From Acidobacteriota bacterium (lineage in GTDB: Bacteria > Acidobacteriota > UBA890 > WLXD01), in the NCBI GenBank assembly GCA_965248695.1, contig CBDFKD010000002.1:1504001-1568000 (forward strand): DNA of 64,000 nucleotides. The letters are read 5' to 3'. Position 1 is the stretch's first letter, and every line of letters begins with the position of its first letter. Positions 18,687-29,525 of this stretch are shown here, piece by piece. A program made the position numbers and the translations under genes. Below the pieces are notes generated by a model. It made no database searches, was not told the origin of the DNA, and worked only from the letters and a program-made list of their open reading frames with translations.

Positions 18687-21393
18687 TCACTCGGCCCGTA
18701 GCGCCTCCGAGGGCTCGACCGCGGATGCCCGGCGTGCCGGCAGATAGCTCGCCACGACGGCAACCGTCAGCAGGATTCCGGCCGCCGCCAGGCGGGTCAC
18801 CGGATCGTCAGCGCGGACCTCGTAGAGCAGCCCCTCCAGCGCTGTGATCAGCACCAGCGAGGCGCCGAGACCCAGCAACACGCCGGCGGCACCGAGCTTC
18901 GCACCCTCACGGACGACCATCGCGCGCATCTCCGAGGAGCGCGCCCCGAGCGCCGACCGGATGCCCAGCTCGCGGACTCGACGACTCACCGACCAGGCGA
19001 CGACCCCATAGGTGCCGATTGTCGTCAACAGCAGGGCGACCCCGGCGAAGATCGTCAGCAGCGTGGCGGCGAAGCGCTGTCTTGCCAAGGTGGCGGCCAC
19101 CAGCTCACGCATCGGGATGATGCTGTGCACCGGCTGGTCCGGGTTGATCTCGGCCACCAGACGCTCAATCTGTCCCGCCGCCGGCGCTTCGCCGGGACGG
19201 GTTCGCAACACCACGTTGAGCGCCGGGTAGGGATTCTGTGCGTAGGGGATGAAGATCTCGGGCTGCGGGCCCTGGCGCAGATCGTGGTGACGAACGTCTC
19301 CCACTACGCCGATGACCCGGTATGTGTACACAGCGCCGGGATAGTTCATTACCAGTCGCTTCCCGAGGGCATCTTCGCCGGGCCAGTTCGAGGCGGCCAA
19401 TCCGGCGCTGACGACGATGACGCGCTCGGCCTGACGCCAGCCGGGATCGCTGAAGTCAAAACGATCGTCGGCGCTGAAGTCACGGCCGGCGAGCAACGGT
19501 CGGCCGAGGGCACGAAAGTAGCCGGGCGTGGTCATGCGAATCCACGCTTCGGCCGCAGCGGCTCCCGGATCGGGTTCGCCATGGCGCCAGTACGGACGGT
19601 CGAAGTCGGCGCCGACCGAGCTCATCGGTAGCGCCGTGGCGGCGCCCACGGCATCGACGCCGGGGAGATCAGCCAGACGGGCGGTGAGCTGCTCGAAGAA
19701 GGCAACACGGCCGTTTCCGAAGGACGAGGCGACGCCGCTTTCGAGAGGTACCCGCACAACCACCGCACCGTCGACGTCGAAACCGGGATCGACCTCCATC
19801 AGCCGCGCGAAGCTACGCGCCAGGAGCAATGCACCGACGAGCAGAACCAGCGTGACGGCGATCTCCGCAACGACCAGTGTGGCTCGCAGCCGGGTGCGAC
19901 GGGCACCCGCCGAGCGTCGTCCGCTGCTTCGATCCACAACAGAATCTCCCGACGCCATCCAGGCCGGCACACCGCCGGCCAGGGCGCCCGCCCCGAGTGA
20001 CAGGAACAGCCCGAAGGCGAGCGCACGCCGATCGATGCCGATCTCCGCCGCACGCGGAAGCTCTCCGGGTTGAAGCGCCATCAGCGCATCGACTCCGATG
20101 CTGGCCGCAACCACCCCGAGCACACCGCCGACGAGCGCCAGTGACAGGCTCTCGGTCACCAGCAGGCGCACCATGCGCAGGCGCGTTGCCCCTAGAGCGC
20201 GGCGCACGCTGATCTCGGCCCGGCGCGAGGTGGACCGCGCCAGCAGCAGCCCGGCAACGTTGGCGCAGGCGGTCAGCAGCAGCAGACCGACGGCGCCCGA
20301 GAGCAGGCCGAGCGGCCGGCGCACCGGATCGATCAGCTCACGGCTCAACGGCGTGATGCGGATGCCCCAACCGGCGTTGGTGGCTGGATACTCGTTCGCC
20401 AGCGCAGCTGCCAGCGCGTCCAGCCTCGTCTGCGCCGCCAGCAGGTCGAGCGGCGTACGCAGCCGCCCGACAGCGCCGAGGAAGCGGGAGTCTCGAGAGG
20501 GCCGACCACCGGTCGTACGGGCGCGTGCTGCCGGATCCCAGGGATTCCACAGATCGATATCCGACCGCGGTAGCGCGAAGCTCGGCGGCATCACCGCAAC
20601 GATCCGCCAGGGAGCGCGATTCACTTCGATCAGCCGACCGATTGCCTGTGGGTCGGCTCCGAGGCGAGAGCTCCAGAATCGATGACTGACCGCGATAACG
20701 GGTTCGGCACCGTAGTGGTTACCGCTGTTGTCGTACCACGAGCCCACCGCGTCGGTCGGCGCTAGCAAGCGTCCGAGCAACGGCTCCGTTCCGAGCAGCC
20801 GAAAGAAGTCGCCGGAGACGTGCGCAACCCCTACCTGTTCCGCACGGTCCTCTGATCTGTAGATCGCGGTCTCTGGCCACCAGGCCGCCACCCCGTCGAA
20901 CACATCGTTACGCTCCTCCCAGTCGATGAAGTTGGCGGGCGCCGGACCGTCCTCGGGAAACCCGAGCGCGTCATTCGACTCCCAGACGCGGACCAGCTGC
21001 GGAATCCGGATAGGGCAACGGACGAAAGAGAACCGCGTCGACAACGCTGAAGATGGCAACGCTGCCACCGATCCCGAGGCCGAGCGTCAGCACGACCGCA
21101 GAGCTGAAGGCTGGCTGCCGCAAGGCGCCGCGCGCCACCAGGCGGACATCGGCGCCCAGGCTGGCTACCGACCGCCATGCCGCTTGCACGCCCGCCGTCC
21201 CTGATCCGAACCGGTATCGCACCGCTGGCCAGATTGCACCGCGCACCTGGGCTCGCAGCCATCTCCGCGCCGCCCGGCGTCCGAGTCGTGCCTCGACGTT
21301 CGCGAGCGTGTTCATCGTGTCGCTCATCACCGCGGCCCGCAGTGCGGACGGCACCATCAGGCGCAGGCAGGCAAGCCAGACCGACGACATCAT
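18687..21393 (-). pseudogene. ADOP-family duplicated ABC permease, one frameshift near 21000
   Basis: N-part ALRQPAFS...LGLGIG...RPLPYPD and C-part QLVRVWE...CANVAGLLLAR...PARRAS lie in different frames; start overlaps padR stop. Confidence 0.85.
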
Positions 21394-21728
21394 CGCGCGT
21401 CGGGATCCGGACCGATCTCGACGCCGTCCCAGAAGCGCTCGAGTTGTTGTCGCGAGCGGCGCAGCGCCGACAGACCCGCCGCCTCGATTCGAAAGCACTT
21501 GGTAGCGCGTCCGCCGCGCACCGGGGTAGGCGCGGCAAGCGTCGAGGATACATAGCCCTTCTTCTCGAGTCGCGAAAGGGTCACGTAGACGGCGGTGATG
21601 GCGACCGTAGTGCTCGCCAGTCGGTCGATCTCGGCGTAGACGGCGCGGCCCGGTGAGTCGGCGCGCAGCCGTACGAGCGCCAGCAGAACGATGTGCTCGA
21701 ACTCCCCCAGACAACCCTTCTTACCCAT
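21390..21728 (-). CDS. PadR-family transcriptional regulator (acidobacterial type)
   Basis: LGEFEHIVLLALVRL, AVYVTLSRLEKKGYV, RGGR; directly upstream of ADOP permease. Confidence 0.92.
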   Translation of the reverse strand: MGKKGCLGEFEHIVLLALVRLRADSPGRAVYAEIDRLASTTVAITAVYVTLSRLEKKGYVSSTLAAPTPVRGGRATKCFRIEAAGLSALRRSRQQLERFWDGVEIGPDPDAR

Positions 21729-21821
21729 TGGCCGGCTCGCGTCATTGATTTAATAAACGTTGTTTAATACGCCTCGGCGTGCGCCGTCAAGCATCTCCAG
21801 GCGATCTGCTAGGCTCACCGA

Positions 21822-22544
21822 ATGCTCGAACTACAGGCGGTCATCTGGGACTTCGACGGTACCTTGGTGGATACTCGCCAGAAGAACCTCAACGTCACAC
21901 GGACGCTGGTCGAGCGCATCAAGGGCCGCCCGCCCGACACTTTCGACGCCCTACGATCGTTGAGCGGTTACGAGCGCGCCCTGCACCAGCATCGACACTG
22001 GAAGGATTTCTATCGGCAGGAGCTGGGAATGACCGAGGACGAGATCCGCCAATCAGAGGACAGCTGGCTCGACCAGCAGCTGGTGGATGAGACCGCCGCG
22101 GCACCCTACGACGGTATTCTCGAGGTTCTCGAAGGGCTGGCACATCTGCCGCAGGGCATCGTGTCGCTCAACGCCACCAAGAACATCGTCCGTTTTCTCG
22201 AGCACCTGCACCTGCAGGCGCATTTCGACGAGGTGATGGGATTCGAGGCCGTCGAACCCGGAAAACAGAAGCCACTACCGGATGCACTCATCGCCTGCGC
22301 CGATCGCCTGACGGACTCACGGCCGGGACGGATCGTCTACATCGGAGACCACGAGTCGGACATCGAGTGCGTGCACAATGCCAACGCCCACTACGCCGAG
22401 CGCGACGTACCGATCGAGGTCGTCGGGATCAGCGCCGCCTACGGGCCGCTCTCCGACGATTCCCATTGGTCGGCCGAGCCGCACTATCGCGCCGAGCACC
22501 CGGGACAGATCCTGACGTTCGTGACCGAGTTGCTGGCCCAGTAG
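21822..22544 (+). CDS. HAD-superfamily hydrolase
   Basis: WDFDGTLVDT motif I, KPLP, YIGDHESD motif IV. Confidence 0.9.
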   Translation: MLELQAVIWDFDGTLVDTRQKNLNVTRTLVERIKGRPPDTFDALRSLSGYERALHQHRHWKDFYRQELGMTEDEIRQSEDSWLDQQLVDETAAAPYDGILEVLEGLAHLPQGIVSLNATKNIVRFLEHLHLQAHFDEVMGFEAVEPGKQKPLPDALIACADRLTDSRPGRIVYIGDHESDIECVHNANAHYAERDVPIEVVGISAAYGPLSDDSHWSAEPHYRAEHPGQILTFVTELLAQ

Positions 22545-22559
22545 TCAGTGGCGCTGTAA

Positions 22560-23150
22560 CTAGCTGTCATCGGACCGGATCGAGCGGTCCGGTCCTTCCT
22601 GCTCATCACCCTCCGACGACGCCGGCTCGGTTGCCGGCATCGAGTCCGTGCCGGGTGCTGGCATCGAGCCCGTCGACTCCGGCACTGGTGCGGCCACTGG
22701 GGACGACGTCGCCGGAGCCTCGATCGGCTCACCGGGGCCTCGCGACTCCGTCGTTCCGACAGCGGCGAGCGCGGATCTACCGATCTCGGCGCCGGCCCAG
22801 AAGAACAGCACCGCCATCGCCGCCTCGTACAGCCCGGCGAATATGGTGTGGGCGGCGAGCCCATCCATGCTGAGGCTGACGATGCGAGCCGTCAGCAATC
22901 CGGTGTAGATGACCCCCGCAGCGTAGAGCCACTGGCGGCCGAATCGTCCGCCGATCGCACCGCGCAGTATCAGAGCGCCAAGCGCCACGCCCAGCCCACC
23001 ACCGAGTGCACGCAGCTCCCCGCGGGCTCCGGTATTGAGCAACTCGAACCCGAATACGCCGGCGACCACATCCACGGCGTAGAGAAAGTAAAGCCCGATC
23101 ACGATATGGGCGAGCGCGGCAACCAACAGTAGCGGCTTTAGCCACTTCAT
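22560..23150 (-). CDS. DUF4345-like membrane protein with acidic Pro/Ser-rich tail
   Basis: Four TM segments, ELRALGGG, ARIVSLSMDG; AGGAGG RBS before MKWLKP. Confidence 0.65.
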   Translation of the reverse strand: MKWLKPLLLVAALAHIVIGLYFLYAVDVVAGVFGFELLNTGARGELRALGGGLGVALGALILRGAIGGRFGRQWLYAAGVIYTGLLTARIVSLSMDGLAAHTIFAGLYEAAMAVLFFWAGAEIGRSALAAVGTTESRGPGEPIEAPATSSPVAAPVPESTGSMPAPGTDSMPATEPASSEGDEQEGPDRSIRSDDS

Positions 23151-23276
23151 GTTCCCTCCTAGTGTCCTCACGCCGTCTGAAGAGTGCTCGCGAGGCTTCG
23201 TCGAGCGGGGCCTGCTTGCGGACATCCAACCCCGGACCTCGAGACCATGGGGAAGTGTAGCCGGTCGTCGACCGTG

Positions 23277-23990
23277 CTAGCCGCGAGCTGGCGCTAGCTC
23301 TGAGATCTCGCGACACCGAAATCCACGCGCCTCGCCTTCCCAGCAAAGCGCCGCCACATACGTGCCCGCCATCTCGGGCGTCTCAAACCGCCATCGGTGC
23401 GGCTCGTCACCCGGGTAATCTGTGGCACGCAAACGAGGCGGCGTTTGCGCCATATCCAGACCGAAGCCGCGCGAGGAGAACGTCAGCCCGGTGCCGATCG
23501 CCTTCAAGTACGCCTCCTTGAGGGTCCAGACTCGGTAGAATCCGTCGGCGCGATCCGCGCCCGGCAATGCCGCCAACCAGCGGTCCTCGGCCTCGGCGAA
23601 AAACCGCCGCGAGAGCTCGCGAAAGGGTCGCCGTGGACGCCGGTGCTCGATATCGACACCGACTCTCCCGTCCGCGCCGATCGCCACGATGGCGCAGTTT
23701 CCGGAATGCGACAGGTTGAACATCAGCTCTTCGCCCCGCAGCTTTGGTTTGCCGTGCCGCCCGTACTCGAGGCGCACATCGGCTGGGCGAACATCGAGAT
23801 GCTCGCCCAGTATGCGCCGCAGCATCGATCGGCCAACGAGAAACTCCAACCGCTTCGACTCCGAGCGCAGGCGTCGCAATCGAGCCTGCTCGAGCCCATC
23901 CAGAGTCTCGAATGCCGCCAGGCTCTCGTCGAGTGCAAACGCCCAGACCTCAATCGTGGGCGCGCCGCCTGTTGCTAGCGTGGACAACAC
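23277..23990 (-). CDS. Sfp-type 4'-phosphopantetheinyl transferase
   Basis: HGKP, FNLSHS, VGVDIE, WTLKEAYLKAIGTG. Confidence 0.95.
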   Translation of the reverse strand: MLSTLATGGAPTIEVWAFALDESLAAFETLDGLEQARLRRLRSESKRLEFLVGRSMLRRILGEHLDVRPADVRLEYGRHGKPKLRGEELMFNLSHSGNCAIVAIGADGRVGVDIEHRRPRRPFRELSRRFFAEAEDRWLAALPGADRADGFYRVWTLKEAYLKAIGTGLTFSSRGFGLDMAQTPPRLRATDYPGDEPHRWRFETPEMAGTYVAALCWEGEARGFRCREISELAPARG

Positions 23991-24604
23991 GCGCAGGCGC
24001 GGCCGCGGAACGCATCCCAGCCCTCACGCGCGATGATCGGCGCCATCGCCAGCGCCGCCAGCGGATCGGCCCACCACCAACCGAAGAGGGCGTTCAGCAG
24101 CAGGCCGCCGAGGAGGATGGCCGACAAGTAAGTGCAGAGCATCGTCTGGTTGGCCTCCAGATGCAGCGCGCTGCTGGACATCGCCAGCGCCACTTTGCGC
24201 TTGGCGCGTGCTAGCAACGGCATGACCGCCACCGAGCCCGCCGCCACGCCGATGCCGAGCAAGCTCTCGGTCGGCGCCTGGCGCAACCACAGCATCCGCA
24301 GCGCTTCGAAGGCCACGTAGATCGCGAGCACCAGGAAGCTCCCCCCGATGAGCCGCAACGAGACCCTTTCACTCTGCGCGCGACGGGCCGGGTCGGCGTC
24401 CGAGTACAGACGCCAGAGCGCAACGGCAGCCGCGCACAGCTCGATGGTGCTGTCGGCGCCGAAGCCGACGAGAGCAACGGAGCTGGCTATGGCCGCCGCG
24501 GCCAGCGCCAGCCCGGCCTCGACCGTGTTGTACCCCAGCGTGGCCCAGCTCAGCCACAGCCCGCGTCGCACCAGCGCGCGACGCTCAAGAGCGAGCTCGA
24601 TCAT
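23975..24604 (-). CDS. Cation efflux (CDF-like) transmembrane protein
   Basis: YNTVEA, SVALVGFGADS, WWWADP; Cys-rich end CACC. Confidence 0.85.
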   Translation of the reverse strand: MIELALERRALVRRGLWLSWATLGYNTVEAGLALAAAAIASSVALVGFGADSTIELCAAAVALWRLYSDADPARRAQSERVSLRLIGGSFLVLAIYVAFEALRMLWLRQAPTESLLGIGVAAGSVAVMPLLARAKRKVALAMSSSALHLEANQTMLCTYLSAILLGGLLLNALFGWWWADPLAALAMAPIIAREGWDAFRGRACACCPR

Positions 24605-24613
24605 GGTTGGATT

Positions 24614-26514
24614 CTACCTGCCCCCATCAAGGACCCCGAGAACCACGTGGGACGGGTGCGTCGCCGACCGATACACCGACTGCATGGCGATCTGATAGTC
24701 CTCCGGTCGGGCGTGATAGATGTCGACGAAGCTCTGCGGGTTCCGGTCGTAGGCCGGGAACCAGGAGCTCTGCACCTGAACCATGATGCGATGCCCCGCC
24801 TTGAAGGTGTGGTAGCGGTCCCGCAGGTCGATGTCGATCGGCGTGATCTGATCCGGCACCATCGCCTCGGGTCGCGCCAAGCTGTTGCGGTATCGGCCGC
24901 GCATGACCTCTCCGGCGAGATGCATCTGATAGCCGCCCATGCGGACACTGCAGCTAGCGCTGTCCGGCGCGTCGCCCGGATATACGTCGATGAGCTTGAC
25001 GACCCAGTCGGAGTCCGTGCCGGTGGTCGACACGAACCTGTTGGCCAGAATCGGGCCGGCGATCGTGAGGTCCTCCGCCAGCGGCTCCGACTCGTAGACG
25101 AGCACGTCGGGCCGCGTCGAAGCGAACCGCTGGTCCTCGACTTTCCACAGATGGCCCAGGGTGGTGCGCAACTCGGTAGAGAACGGCACCGGTCGATTCG
25201 GGTCGCTGATGTAGCGGTCGGCCCCTTCCTGGTCGTCGGGCGCGTCGAAGGAAAGGCGTCCACCGGGCCTCAGATACAGCGCCCGCGGCTCGATTCCGGC
25301 CGGCGGCCAGGTTGCGTGACGTCGCCATTCGTTGGCCCCGGTAACGAACACCACCGCCTCTGCCGCCTCCCACTCGCCGACGCCGCGCAGATGATGCTCG
25401 AAGAAGGGTAGCTGCACCTGCTGCTGGAACGCGTGCGAGGTCTTGGAGCCGAACTCGATACAGCCGAGAACATCGCCGTCCATGCTGCGCCAGCCGCCGT
25501 GGAGCCAGGGTCCGACCGCGAGCGTGTTCTCGATCCCCGGATTGCCGGTCTCGATGGCACGGTACGTCGCCATCGGACCGTAGAAGTCCTCGGTATCGAA
25601 CCAGCCGGCAACATTGAGCACCGGCACCTTATGTCGCGCAGGTCGTCGAGGACGTTCTGCCGCTGCCAGTACTCGTCGTAGTCGGGATGCCGCATAAAGT
25701 CGCGCCACGCCGGAACCTCGCCGCCGAAAAACGCCTCGTCGATGTTGGCGGCCGATCCGGAACGCAAGAAGAACTCGTACCCCCAGGGAGTGCCGTAGTC
25801 GAACGCCTGCGGCCGCTCGTCCGTGGGACCGTCGCGCCGACGTGCGTTGCCGGCCAGCCACGAGAAGGCATACATGATGCGGAAGGCGCCGTTGTGGTGC
25901 CAATCATCGCCGATGAACATGTCGGCCGGCGGCGCCTGAGGAGAGGCGGCGCTCAACGCCGGATGATGTTCGACCAGGCCCAGCACCGTCTGCCAGCCTG
26001 GATAGGAGATGCCCCACTGGCCGACGCGGCCGTTGTGCCCGTCGAGGTTTGCGAGGAACCACTCGATGGCGTCGTAGTTGTCGGTGCTCTCGTCGGTATC
26101 ACGGGGACCACGCGGTCGCCGCGCCAGCGGCCGGATCACCTCGAACTCGCCCTCTGAGCGGAACTTGCCGCGCACGTCCTGGAAGGCGAACAAGTAACCG
26201 GCACGATCGAACTCCGGCGAGGGACCGAGCGAGGCGCGGTACGCGTCGGGGCCGTATGGTCCGGCGGAGTACGGGGTCCTGAAGAGGAGCATCGGGACCT
26301 GCCGCGAGGTGTCCCGTGGAGCATAGACGGCGGTGTACAGCCGGGTCCCGTCGCGCATCGGAACCATGAGCTCGGTCTTGGAGTAGTTCTGCCGAACCCA
26401 CTCCGAATGCAACTGCTCCTGGGCCTCGGCGCCGGAGATCCCACGCGTCAGTACCACCGGCGCTAGAGCGACGGAGACAAGGATCAGCGACAGGCGTTTT
26501 CGGTAGCGCAACAT
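24614..26514 (-). pseudogene. CocE/NonD family hydrolase (alpha-amino acid ester hydrolase-like), frameshift near 25630
   Basis: VPMRDG, RTPY, QDVRG, WGISYPG in the first frame; VPVLNVAGWFD, GPWLHG, QSSWFP in the second. Confidence 0.88.
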
Positions 26515-26706
26515 GGGCCATCCTCTGCGGAGCCGGGAACGGTCATGGAACGGACCGTCAGGGCGCACAATGTCCCCACCGGGCAGAGCACCCACCCGGC
26601 ACGGATCGCTATGCTATCCTTCTGATTCTCGCCGGTCTGCTGACGCTCCTTGTCTGTGAGCGCCCGGGTCGTAGCGGAACTTCGAACTACTTCAGAGATC
26701 ATAGCA

Positions 26707-26946
26707 ATGGCCAGAAGGTGTGCGATCACGGGCAAGGGTCCGCGCTCGGGTAACAACGTCTCGCATGCGAACAACCGCACCAAGCGGTGGTTCCACCCGA
26801 ACCTGGCGCGCAAGCGCGTGTGGATCCCCGAGCTCGGGCGATCGGTACGTATCAAGCTGTCGACAACGGCGCTCAAGAGCATCGATCGCGACGGGTTGCT
26901 TCGCTACCTGAAGAAGAAAGGCCTCACGTTGAAGGACGTGACCTAA
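26707..26946 (+). CDS. rpmB: 50S ribosomal protein L28
   Basis: [10 protein letters not shown]...[19 protein letters not shown]. Confidence 0.98.
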   Translation: MARRCAITGKGPRSGNNVSHANNRTKRWFHPNLARKRVWIPELGRSVRIKLSTTALKSIDRDGLLRYLKKKGLTLKDVT

Positions 26947-27071
26947 CGCGGACCTCTCGGCCCGTCCCTGACCGCGACTGTCTCGGTTTCCTTACCGCTG
27001 CAGTTGAACGGCCGTCGTCGCGTGTTGCAGCGTTCCAGTGGAACCTCACGAACCCAGTGGATCGACTGCTG

Positions 27072-27620
27072 ATGCGCAATGCCCACCCCGGCCGTGCCGG
27101 TCTAGTCACCGGCCTCGGTTTCGCGATCTTCGCCCTGACCGCCGCCGGCGCCCTCGGCGCTGCCCCGCAGACCGCGAATCGGGCCCAGCTGGTGCGCGCG
27201 CTGATCAACCTCGATGCTCAAGCGCTCGATGGCAGCACCTGGACATACGACCGTATCCAGGGACGCATAACCCTGGTCGATTTCTGGGCAACCTGGTGCG
27301 CTCCCTGCCTGCGCGAGCTACCGCATCTGAAGCGCGCGCGGACGACCTATGGAGACGACTTCCGTGTACTCGGAATCAGCCTCGACCGCATGGAGCGACG
27401 CGACCTCACCAGCTGGCTCCGCCGCCACGGTGTTCAGTGGCCACAGATTCATGCCAACGGCGGCTACAAGGACACCCTGTCGCTGGACTTCGGAATCGAC
27501 CGGCTGCCGACAAACCTCCTACTCGATAGGCGCGGCCGCGTGCGGGAGTTGAACGTCCGCGGCGACGATCTGTTCGTACAGATCGACGCGCTCCTAGCCG
27601 AAGACAAGCGCTCCGAGTAG
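27072..27620 (+). CDS. TlpA-family thiol-disulfide oxidoreductase
   Basis: DFWATWCAPC, LGISLD, LPT; N-terminal TM; start uncertain. Confidence 0.9.
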   Translation: MRNAHPGRAGLVTGLGFAIFALTAAGALGAAPQTANRAQLVRALINLDAQALDGSTWTYDRIQGRITLVDFWATWCAPCLRELPHLKRARTTYGDDFRVLGISLDRMERRDLTSWLRRHGVQWPQIHANGGYKDTLSLDFGIDRLPTNLLLDRRGRVRELNVRGDDLFVQIDALLAEDKRSE

Positions 27621-27697
27621 CTGCTCCACTGCCGATCAGCGTCTCCACCGCGGTACCCCCAGATACGGTCGGCGCCGCCACCTCTAGCGGCTCCTCG

Positions 27698-28300
27698 TCA
27701 ATCGTCGATCGTGACGTGGCCTGGCTGTCCGGAAACACGGGCAAGCCACGCGTAGACGTTGGGGTGCTGGCGCAGATCGATCCCTGCCGCATCGGCAACG
27801 TGGCTGTAGGCGTAGAGGGCAATATCCGCCACCGTGTACGTGGCACCGGCAAGGAACTCGGAGTCCACCAGGCTTCGATCCATGGCGCGCAGCGCCTTGT
27901 GTCCCAGCTTCTGCTTCTGGGCAATGACTTCAGCATGAGCTTCGGGATCGTCGCTCTAGTGCAGCAGGAACCGCGCCACAGCCACGTTTGGCTCGTGGTC
28001 GTACTGCTCGAAGAACATCCACTGCAACACCCGGGCGCGCCTGAAGCGATCGTCCGGCAGATAGGGCGTGCCTTCCGCCAGATACCAGATGATGGCGTTG
28101 GATTCGGCCAGGAAGCGACCGTCCTCGAGACGCAGGACGGGGATGCGCTGGGCCGGGTTCTTGTCGCCGAAGAGCTCCTGGCGATTGCTGCGATCGGTAA
28201 CGCTCACCGGAATGCGCTCGTACGGCAGATCGAGATGAGCGAGCATCAGACGGACCTTGTAGGCATTGCCCGACGCCGCGTTGTCATACAGCTGTAGCAT
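27698..28300 (-). pseudogene. Glutathione S-transferase with in-frame TAG
   Basis: SGNAYKVRL, NPAQRIP, ESNAI then FLLH*SDDPE...YTVADIALYAY in the same frame; TAG at 27956-27958. Confidence 0.88.
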
Positions 28301-28350
28301 CTTCACGTCTCCTGTCGGGCGACGCTGAGCGCCGCCTCACACGGTCGGGC

Positions 28351-29376
28351 TCAGGCCGATTCCTCGCCGAACAGCGCGTCCAGTCGCCCGCCCATGGCTT
28401 CGGCGATCGGCGCGGTGTGCTCGAGACGAGCCAGGAAGATCTTGATCACCGCCGCCATCGGCGCGGCCAGGAACATTCCCACGACACCCCAGAGCGTTCC
28501 CCAGAGCACCAGTGACATCAGCGTCACCACGGGGTGAAGGTCGAGCGATTCGCCATAGATCTTGGGCTCGATGAAGTTCCCCAAGGTGATCTGTATCGCC
28601 CCCGGCAAGGCGATCGCCAAGACCGCCGAGGCGGTCGAGATCTCGGGCTGCACGAGGACCACCGGCAGCGGCATCAGGGTGGCAATCACCGAGCCGACAC
28701 TGGGGATGAAATTGAGCAGGAAGACCAGCAGGCCGAACATCAGGGCGAACGGGATGCCGAGTAGCTGCAGCACCGTGCCGACCGAGAACGCCGTCGCCAG
28801 CGAGATGAGGAACTTCACTCCGACGTAGCGTTTGACGCGCTCTTCGACCTCTTCCAGCAGCGCGCTTGTCGGCGCCTGGCCGCTGCGCCCGATGAGCAGG
28901 AAGATGACAAAGACGACGACCAGAAACCCGTTGGAGAGAATATCGATCAGCGCGTTCCCGGTCCCCAGGAGAGCCGCGCCGACCTGGCTGGGCATCTGCC
29001 CGAGCAGATACGACTCGTCGATTCCGAGCTGCTCGAGCGGCAGACGGTCGAGCGCGTTGGAGATCAGCACCCCGATCTGTTGCTGGTACAGGGCGACGTT
29101 CCCCACCAGCCGGGTCACCGAAACCGACACGATGATCCCTACCAGCGTCAACAACAGCACCGAGAAGATCACCGCGCTGGCCACCGCCAGCGGCAGCGGG
29201 ATCCGCCATCTCGTCTGCACATCGATCAGCGGCATCATCGCGACGGTTACGAACACCGCCAGGACGAACGGCACCAAGACCGGGCGCAACCAGTACAGCA
29301 CCACCCCAATAGCGAACGCCGTCAGGATGATCAGGCAGATCGTACGGATCTGGCTCTCTCGATCATGTGGGGTCAT
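28351..29376 (-). CDS. AI-2E family transporter
   Basis: LNFIPSVGS, NFIEPKIYG, LHP, WGVVGMFLAAP. Confidence 0.93.
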   Translation of the reverse strand: MTPHDRESQIRTICLIILTAFAIGVVLYWLRPVLVPFVLAVFVTVAMMPLIDVQTRWRIPLPLAVASAVIFSVLLLTLVGIIVSVSVTRLVGNVALYQQQIGVLISNALDRLPLEQLGIDESYLLGQMPSQVGAALLGTGNALIDILSNGFLVVVFVIFLLIGRSGQAPTSALLEEVEERVKRYVGVKFLISLATAFSVGTVLQLLGIPFALMFGLLVFLLNFIPSVGSVIATLMPLPVVLVQPEISTASAVLAIALPGAIQITLGNFIEPKIYGESLDLHPVVTLMSLVLWGTLWGVVGMFLAAPMAAVIKIFLARLEHTAPIAEAMGGRLDALFGEESA

Positions 29377-29525
29377 GGCGGCACCAGCAGCTGCAGGCGA
29401 GGTGGAAGTGTGGCGGGTCTGGCTACGGCGCGAGTTGGGGCCAGAGGCAAGGCCGCCGGACGCAAACGATGCCCTGGCTATCGTGAGCCCGTGCCCGGCC
29501 CACCCGTGGCGATTCTACCAGGGCT

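Noticed and set aside
25615-25640. Programmed frameshifting in the CocE, ADOP and kinase 5 genes
   Set aside because: No slippery heptamer or long homopolymer at the shift sites; simple indels or errors are more parsimonious.
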